Source: Eubacteriales bacterium
GTDB lineage: Bacteria > Bacillota > Clostridia > Oscillospirales > CAG-272
Direction of reading: 5' to 3'
Length of the DNA: 39,316 bases
Assembly (NCBI GenBank): GCA_045596805.1
Contig: JAZOCY010000037.1
Location: 1 to 39,316, forward strand
The notes beneath the pieces were generated by a model, which was given only the letters and a program-made list of their open reading frames with translations, was not told the origin of the DNA and did not search any database. The position numbers were made by a program, and so were the translations under genes. The first letter of the stretch is position 1; each line of letters opens with the position of its first letter. Of this stretch, positions 33,488 to 39,316 are shown piece by piece.

Positions 33488-34884
33488 ATTCAAATGAAAT
33501 AAATATCCCGAAAAGAGTATTGAACACTCTTCTCACGTCGCTTTCATCGGGCGTAGTTCCTCGCATAGGGGCGCCCTATATCGCTATAGGCAGGAAAGAG
33601 GAGGTAAACGCGCTTCTCGACAGTCTTGACGCAGTAAAGGACGGAGGCGCCTTTGTCAGATTTCTCATAGGACGCTACGGAAGCGGAAAGAGCTTCCTCA
33701 TTCAGCTTATCAGGGGTTATGCGCTTGATCGAGGCTTTTTGTGCGCCGACGCCGACCTCTCTCCCGAAAGACGTCTTGCGGGAGGAAACAACTGTGGACT
33801 TGCGACCTACAGAGAGCTTATGCGAAATCTTTCCTCTAAGGCGTCTCCTGAGGGAAGCGCGCTTCCCGTAGTTCTTTCGAGGCACTATTCGAGGCTCTGC
33901 GCCTCTCTTGCCGAGAGGGGAATAATGCCCGATAGCGCCGAATTTGAAATTGAGCTTAAGAAAAAAATATACTCGCTTGCAAACAACTTTGAAAGCAGTG
34001 TCGGAGGCTTTGATTTTTCACGCGTTTTAAGTGAATACTATATTGCCTGCTTATATGACGACGCCGAGAAAAAGAGCGCCTGTCTTCGTTGGATGCGAGG
34101 AGAATATTCGACAAAGACCGAAGCCAAAAGCGCGCTCGGCTTTTCTGTCGGTGGAATTATAGACGACGGAAGCTGGTACGATTATATTAAGCTCTGGGCC
34201 CTCTTTGCGTCAGAGCTTGGCTACAGCGGACTTGTAATTTATATCGACGAGTGCGTCAATCTCTTTAAAATTCCTAACCGTATATCGAGGGAAAGCAATT
34301 ATGAAAAAATACTCTCCATTTTCAACGACACTCTTCAGGGCGGGGCGAAAAATCTCGGGGTCATCTTTGGCGGTACGCCTCAATTTTTGGAGGACTCACG
34401 CAGAGGACTGTTCAGCTACGAGGCGTTAAGAAGCCGTCTCTGCGACAGTCGCTTCACTTCAAGCGGATACGTAAATATGAGCGCCCCCGTAATAAGACTG
34501 CGCCGTTTTTCAAACAATGAGTTTTTAGCTCTTATCGCGCGCTTAACAAAGCTGAAGGCAATGCAGGACGGCTCGAAAGAGCTGCTTAGTAGCGATGAAA
34601 TGATAGAATTCCTCAATTTTGTTTTGGATAAAGCAGGCTCAAACGAGCTCGCAACTCCGCGAGAAATTATAAGAGACTATCTCTCGCTTTTGAATATTAT
34701 GCGTGAAAATCCGAGTGTCAGCTTTAAAAGCATACTCGAAAAGGGAGATTTCGGCGAAGCAGCCCTCAAAGACACAGAGGCAGAATTTTATAAGTCGGAG
34801 AGCGAAGCCGATACGCAAAAAAGCATTAAGGTCGGAAGCGACACGCAGAACAGAAAAATAACGTTAGACGATATAGAAATATAA
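33469..34884 (+). CDS. DUF2791 / BrxD-like P-loop ATPase (Shango ATPase component)
   Basis: SSGVVPRIGAPYIAIGRKEEVNALL...FLIGRYGSGKSF (Walker A), DADLSPERRL..TYRELMRNLS, and Walker B LVIYIDEC. It overlaps the upstream gene by 19 nt. Confidence 0.75.
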   Translation: MAERELNSNEINIPKRVLNTLLTSLSSGVVPRIGAPYIAIGRKEEVNALLDSLDAVKDGGAFVRFLIGRYGSGKSFLIQLIRGYALDRGFLCADADLSPERRLAGGNNCGLATYRELMRNLSSKASPEGSALPVVLSRHYSRLCASLAERGIMPDSAEFEIELKKKIYSLANNFESSVGGFDFSRVLSEYYIACLYDDAEKKSACLRWMRGEYSTKTEAKSALGFSVGGIIDDGSWYDYIKLWALFASELGYSGLVIYIDECVNLFKIPNRISRESNYEKILSIFNDTLQGGAKNLGVIFGGTPQFLEDSRRGLFSYEALRSRLCDSRFTSSGYVNMSAPVIRLRRFSNNEFLALIARLTKLKAMQDGSKELLSSDEMIEFLNFVLDKAGSNELATPREIIRDYLSLLNIMRENPSVSFKSILEKGDFGEAALKDTEAEFYKSESEADTQKSIKVGSDTQNRKITLDDIEI

Positions 34885-34925
34885 ACTAAAGTTTACTTTA
34901 TTGCCATTTTTGAAGGGGTGAGGAT

Positions 34926-37154
34926 ATGACTGAGGCAGACAGGATTTTTGAAAAATTTCCGCCTTTTATCCGCGAATACGTCTATAGCCACGCCTGGCGC
35001 TCCTTGCGCGAGGTTCAGATGCAGGCGGCTGAGGTCATATTTGAAAGCGAGGACAATCTCCTGCTTTCTTCTTCAACCGCGTCGGGCAAAACCGAAGCGG
35101 CGCTCTTTCCCATACTTTCCCGCCTTTATGAAAAGCAGGACGGCAAAGACGGAGTATCGGTTCTCTATATCGCCCCTCTTAAGAGCCTTATAAACGACCA
35201 GTTTTACAGAATAGAGGATATACTTGAACATAGTGGCGTGAGCGTTTTTCACTGGCACGGCGACGTAAGCGCACACCATAAAAACAAGTTTTTGAAGAAT
35301 CCGAGCGGAATTCTTCAAATCACGCCCGAATCGCTTGAAAGTATGCTTATGAATCGCTCGAACGATATCCCTCGCCTGTTCGGCGCGCTCGAATATATAA
35401 TAATCGACGAAATTCATACTATGGTAGGCACAGACAGAGGAAATCAGATAATGTGTCTTATAAGCCGTCTCTCACGCTTGACAGGCTACAGTCCGAGAAG
35501 AATAGGCCTGTCGGCTACAGTCGGCGATTTGGAAAAGGCTTGCGAGTGGCTCGGCGCTGGAAGCGAGAGACGAACCGTCGCCCCGAAAACCCCCGTAAGC
35601 AAATTGACCTGGAAGCTCGGCATGGAGCATTTTTACATTCAGGACCCGCGTCTTAACCAGACGGGCAGAGCGCTGCTCGACGAAAACGCCGCAAGTGTAA
35701 ACAAAGGCGCGCAAATTGATGCAGGCTTTGAGTTTTTGTACGATAGCGTCAAGGATAAAAAGGCGCTCGTCTTCTCAAATTCGAGAGAGGAAACAGAAAA
35801 CGTAACTGCAACTCTGCGCCAGATAGCGAAGAACAGAAAAGAGAAGGATATATTCTTAATACATCACGGAAATCTGTCGGCTTCTATTAGAGAGGACGCC
35901 GAGATGAAAATGAAGGACGACGACGTCTCTGCCGTGACCTGCGCGACTGTAACGATGGAGCTTGGCATAGATATAGGAAAGCTCGACAGAGTGGCGCAGC
36001 TTAATTCTCCCTACAGAGTTTCGAGCCTCTTGCAAAGACTCGGACGCTCGGGCAGACGCGAGTCTCCCCCTGAAATGATTATGGTGTTCAGAGAGGAAAA
36101 GCCTTTGCCGAACGCCCCTCTTCCCAATCTCATTCCTTGGGAGCTTTTGCGAGGCATTGCTCTGGTAGAGCTTTACCGAGACGAGAGATTTATAGAGCCG
36201 CCCTCTGAAAAGAAAAAGCCCTTTAGTCTGCTTTTTCATCAGACACTCAGCATTTTAGCTTCGTCGGGCGAGCTCAGCGCGAAGGAATTAGGGGCGAGAG
36301 CTTTATCTCTTCCGCCATTTTCGCATATTGATAAAAACGACTATAAGCAGCTTCTCGTTCATATGATAAATGAGGATTACCTTGAAATCAGCGAGGAGGG
36401 CACAATTATAATAGGACTTGCGGGCGAAAGGCTCATAAACAGCTTTAAGTTTTACGCGGTCTTTCTTGATAGCGAGGATTTTACCGTGCGATGTGAGTCG
36501 GACGAGATAGGCACGATAACCACCCCGCCCCCCGTCGGCGAGCGAGTAGCTCTCGCGGGCAGAGTATGGGAGGTCATAGAGATAGACGTTTCTCACAGGC
36601 TCGTTTTCGTTAAATCTGTCGAAGGAAAGAAGGAAATATCCTGGCCTGGTGACAGCGGAGAGGTGCATACGAGAGTTCTCGAAAAAATGAGAGATGTCCT
36701 TTTCTCCGACAAGGAGTATCCGTATCTTATGCAAAACGCATCGCAAAGGTTAGCGCTCGCGCGCCATACGGCAAGAGCGACGGCTATGGATAAAAGTATG
36801 CTTCTCAGTATAGGCGGAAGCAGCTACTGCCTTTTCCCCTGGCTCGGAACAAGAGCTTTCCGTACTCTTCGAAGATTTTTGAGCTTCAATGCGGCGAAGC
36901 TTGGAATTTTCGACGTAAGAAGCGAAGGCTGCGTCTATATAACCTTTAAGTCAACAAACAAAAGCGCCGACGAGCTTCTGTTTTTTATAAGAACGCTTAT
37001 TGCAAACGAGGGAATAAAAGCAGAGTCTCTTGTAGGTGACTCCGAATATCCCGTTTTTGATAAATACGACGAGCATATCCCCCCCGAGCTTCTTCGGCGC
37101 GCGTACGCCTGTGACAAGCTATGCGCAGAGGAAGTAATTTATCGCTTTGAATAA
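34926..37154 (+). CDS. Lhr/BrxHI-like DExH-box helicase (Shango helicase component)
   Basis: Motif I SSTASGKTEA, motif II IIIDEIHT, motif III LSATVG and motif VI QRLGRSGRR. The C-terminal Lhr-type associated region contains FPWLGTRAFRTL. Confidence 0.85.
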   Translation: MTEADRIFEKFPPFIREYVYSHAWRSLREVQMQAAEVIFESEDNLLLSSSTASGKTEAALFPILSRLYEKQDGKDGVSVLYIAPLKSLINDQFYRIEDILEHSGVSVFHWHGDVSAHHKNKFLKNPSGILQITPESLESMLMNRSNDIPRLFGALEYIIIDEIHTMVGTDRGNQIMCLISRLSRLTGYSPRRIGLSATVGDLEKACEWLGAGSERRTVAPKTPVSKLTWKLGMEHFYIQDPRLNQTGRALLDENAASVNKGAQIDAGFEFLYDSVKDKKALVFSNSREETENVTATLRQIAKNRKEKDIFLIHHGNLSASIREDAEMKMKDDDVSAVTCATVTMELGIDIGKLDRVAQLNSPYRVSSLLQRLGRSGRRESPPEMIMVFREEKPLPNAPLPNLIPWELLRGIALVELYRDERFIEPPSEKKKPFSLLFHQTLSILASSGELSAKELGARALSLPPFSHIDKNDYKQLLVHMINEDYLEISEEGTIIIGLAGERLINSFKFYAVFLDSEDFTVRCESDEIGTITTPPPVGERVALAGRVWEVIEIDVSHRLVFVKSVEGKKEISWPGDSGEVHTRVLEKMRDVLFSDKEYPYLMQNASQRLALARHTARATAMDKSMLLSIGGSSYCLFPWLGTRAFRTLRRFLSFNAAKLGIFDVRSEGCVYITFKSTNKSADELLFFIRTLIANEGIKAESLVGDSEYPVFDKYDEHIPPELLRRAYACDKLCAEEVIYRFE

Positions 37155-37165
37155 AGAGGTGCTTT

Positions 37166-37447
37166 ATGGAAAACAAAACAAAAGAAGTCGAAATGCTTAT
37201 AAAAGCGTTTTCCTCGCTTGAGGGCGAGGAGGAGTGCGAGAATTTTTTGTACGACCTCTGCACCTCACTTGAAATCGAGGAAATGTCACGCAGATTAGTG
37301 GCAGCCGAAATGCTCAGGCGCGGCTGCCCGTACGCCGAGGTCGTTTTAAGGACAGGGCTTTCTACAGCGACCATCAGCCGAGTAAGCAGAAGCCTTAAAA
37401 ACGGAAAGGGCTACGAGAAAATATTATCGAAGTTAGGTGAATTATGA
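37166..37447 (+). CDS. YerC/YecD-family TrpR-like protein
   Basis: FLYDLCTSLEIEEMSRRLVAAEML..G.PYAEVVLRTGLSTATISRVSRSLKNG matches the TrpR-related YerC/YecD family. Confidence 0.8.
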   Translation: MENKTKEVEMLIKAFSSLEGEEECENFLYDLCTSLEIEEMSRRLVAAEMLRRGCPYAEVVLRTGLSTATISRVSRSLKNGKGYEKILSKLGEL

Positions 37448-38202
37448 GTATTTATAGCGCGTTAGCGCCATTTTATGACCATTTTCAGAGCGAGGTAGAC
37501 TACGAAAAATGGGCAGATTTCTTCTGCGATAGCTTTTCCCGTTATTTTGACGGCAGAGTGGAGAGCGTTCTCGATTTAGGCTGCGGCACGGGAAGCATGA
37601 CGCTTTCACTTGCGAAGCGAGGCTTCGATATGATAGGCGTAGATAATTCGGAGGAAATGCTTTCCTTCGCCTGTGAGAACGCGAGAGACGAGGGCTATGC
37701 CGAGAAAATTCTGTATCTCTGTCAGGATATGCGCGAGTTTGAGCTTTACGGAACGGTAGAGGCTGTCGTCTCCTGCCTTGATTGCGTAAATCATCTGAAA
37801 AGCACGGCTGATATAAGAAAATGCTTCTCGCTCGCGCATAACTATCTCGTGCCGAACGGACTTTTCATCTTCGACGTAAATAGTAAATATAAGTTTACAA
37901 ATGTGTATGCTGATAATTCCTTCGTCTTTGAAAACGAGGGCGTTATGTGCGTATGGCAGAATGAATATAACCCGAAAACTCATTTCTGCGATTTCTACAT
38001 CTCGCTTTTTGAAGAAAACGAGGACGGAACATATTCAAGAACAGACGAGTATCAGAGGGAAAGAATGTATCCCGAAAGCACAATAAAAAGACTTCTTGCC
38101 GAATGCTCTTTTGATCTGATAGGCATTTTTGGCGGCCTTGACTTTAAAGCGGCGAGTGATACCGACGAGCGTCTTTATATTGTCGCAAGGGCGAAAAAAT
38201 AA
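37444..38202 (+). CDS. class I SAM-dependent methyltransferase
   Basis: Motif I VLDLGCGTGSMT and post-I IGVDNSEEML. It has a 4-nt overlap with the upstream gene. Confidence 0.8.
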   Translation: MSIYSALAPFYDHFQSEVDYEKWADFFCDSFSRYFDGRVESVLDLGCGTGSMTLSLAKRGFDMIGVDNSEEMLSFACENARDEGYAEKILYLCQDMREFELYGTVEAVVSCLDCVNHLKSTADIRKCFSLAHNYLVPNGLFIFDVNSKYKFTNVYADNSFVFENEGVMCVWQNEYNPKTHFCDFYISLFEENEDGTYSRTDEYQRERMYPESTIKRLLAECSFDLIGIFGGLDFKAASDTDERLYIVARAKK

Positions 38203-38231
38203 GGTTTTGAAATAAAAAAAGGAAAAAAGAA

Positions 38232-39125
38232 ATGGAACAGTCAAAAATTTTCAGAGCAATGACGAGAGACGGAAGCGCGAGAGTCATTGTCATCAATTCG
38301 AGAGATATAGTAAACGAGGCAATCAAGGTTCATAAGACCTCGCCGACAGCCTCGGCGGCGCTCGGCAGACTCCTTTCCGCCGCTTCGATGATAGGAAGCC
38401 TTATGGGAGAGAAGAATAATACCGTGACGTTAGGTATAAATGCAAACGGAGAGCTTGGAAAGCTGATAGCCGTCGCCGACTATTACGGAAACGTAAAGGG
38501 CTACGTAGAAAATCCGTTAGCAAATCCCCCGAAAAAGCCGAACGGAAAGCTCGACGTGGGCAAAGCCGTCGGAGAGGGATACCTGTACGTAATAAGAGAG
38601 GACGGCGTAGGCGCGCCGCATACGGGAACCGTCGAAATTCAAAGCGGAGAGATTGCTGAGGACATCACGAGATATTTTGCTGAAAGCGAGCAAATTCCCA
38701 CCGTCTGCTCACTCGGAGTGTTGGTTGACGTCGACTATACCTGCCTCGCCGCAGGCGGCGTCCTCATTCAGCTACTCCCATTTGCCGACGAAAGCGTAAT
38801 ATCGCTTTTGGAGAGAAATGCGTCAGACCTTGTAAATATATCACGCTATTTCAGAGACGGACTTAGTTGTGAAGAAATAGCGCAGATAGCCCTGCGCGAC
38901 ATACCTTATGACCCCTTTGATGAAATAGAGGTCGACTACCTTTGCGACTGTAAGCGCGAGAGATTTCTTTCTTCAATCCATAAGCTCGGCGAAAAGGAAA
39001 TACGCACAATGCTCGACGAGCAGGAGTCGGAGGGCAAGGTGCGCGAGCTCGAGGTCAAATGCCGCTTCTGCAACAAAAATTACGTCTTCGACGAAAAAAC
39101 GTTACTTTCAAAATTCAAAAAATAA
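38232..39125 (+). CDS. hslO: redox-regulated chaperone Hsp33
   Basis: Hsp33 N-terminal pattern FRAMTRDGSARVIVINSRDIVNEA, plus the C-terminal zinc centre CDCKRE...CRFCNKNY. Confidence 0.92.
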   Translation: MEQSKIFRAMTRDGSARVIVINSRDIVNEAIKVHKTSPTASAALGRLLSAASMIGSLMGEKNNTVTLGINANGELGKLIAVADYYGNVKGYVENPLANPPKKPNGKLDVGKAVGEGYLYVIREDGVGAPHTGTVEIQSGEIAEDITRYFAESEQIPTVCSLGVLVDVDYTCLAAGGVLIQLLPFADESVISLLERNASDLVNISRYFRDGLSCEEIAQIALRDIPYDPFDEIEVDYLCDCKRERFLSSIHKLGEKEIRTMLDEQESEGKVRELEVKCRFCNKNYVFDEKTLLSKFKK

Positions 39126-39168
39126 GAGAAAAAGCCCTGCGCCAGCAGAGCGAAAAATGCATAACAAT

Positions 39169-39209
39169 AAAAAATCCAAGGCTATCAAAGTAATAACCTT
39201 GGATTTTTT
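39169..39209. terminator. bidirectional terminator between convergent genes
   Basis: AAAAAATCCAAGG-15 nt-CCTTGGATTTTTT. Confidence 0.8.
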
Positions 39210-39226
39210 GTATTAATTGAATTAAA

Positions 39227-39316
39227 TTAAGGCGTCGTTTTTATGTTTTTCCAGCCCGATACGTTGCATTGACCTTCGTCGTTATTTCCGACAACTACCA
39301 CCGTACCATCTGCTTT
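39227..39316 (-). CDS. 3' end of a gene encoding an RCC1-like repeat protein (partial, runs off window)
   Basis: The reverse-strand translation is KADGTVVVVGNNDEGQCNVSGWKNIKTTP*. It resembles the DGTVxxxGxNxxGQCxVxxW blade motif. Only 29 codons are visible. Confidence 0.4.
   Translation of the reverse strand, partial: KADGTVVVVGNNDEGQCNVSGWKNIKTTP

Noticed and set aside
33544-33885. 113-aa minus-strand ORF, and similar antisense ORFs at 35073-35417, 35856-36239 and 36303-36746, inside the TerB/ATPase/helicase cassette
   Set aside because: All are antisense to ORFs with clear Walker or helicase motifs, are Arg/Ser/Leu-rich and lack RBSs. I considered a hidden antisense toxin or small gene but found no support.
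31718-37165. Searched the flanks of the defence-like cassette for direct or inverted repeats, a tRNA or a recombinase
   Set aside because: None was found by eye. I therefore did not annotate a mobile element here.

Overview
This 39.3-kb window looks like a chromosomal segment from a Gram-positive Bacillota organism, probably class Clostridia. That placement is an inference from gene order and motifs, not a computed result. Most of the window is core housekeeping. It carries rimO-pgsA, rpsO-pnp, rlmH, a cysteine desulfurase, three tandem M42 peptidases, murD and RNase P RNA (rnpB). It also carries a TPP-riboswitch-controlled thiT, ylxM-ffh-rpsP-KH, rpsT, rpsF-ssb-rpsR, two AI-2E transporters, ispE, a yerC-like gene, a SAM methyltransferase and hslO. 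No rRNA, tRNA, CRISPR array, transposase or integrase was recognised. The most notable locus is a three-gene cassette at 31754-37154 with its own consensus promoter, sitting between ispE and the yerC-like gene. It encodes a TerB-N/TerB-C protein, a DUF2791/BrxD-like P-loop ATPase and an Lhr/BrxHI-like DExH helicase. This is the architecture of the Shango anti-phage system, whose mechanism is unknown. Secondary accessory-looking loci are listed below.
- A DUF5685-like protein, a cysteine-string J-protein and a membrane protein form an operon at 779-2791.
- Two tandem VanY-like envelope proteins have all zinc ligands substituted.
- A divergent SLOG (DUF2493-like) and ribbon-helix-helix gene pair is bracketed by 12-bp direct repeats.
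- One of the three M42 paralogs appears catalytically dead.
- A CE7/AXE1-like lipoprotein gene is frameshifted within its signal peptide, downstream of a 20-bp tandem repeat and a perfect consensus promoter.
- Several RNA or DNA structural elements were noted: phased A-tracts, a pnp leader hairpin, rpsF and rpsO leaders, and a GC-rich hairpin cluster.
All homology calls come from motif recognition by eye. No searches were run.
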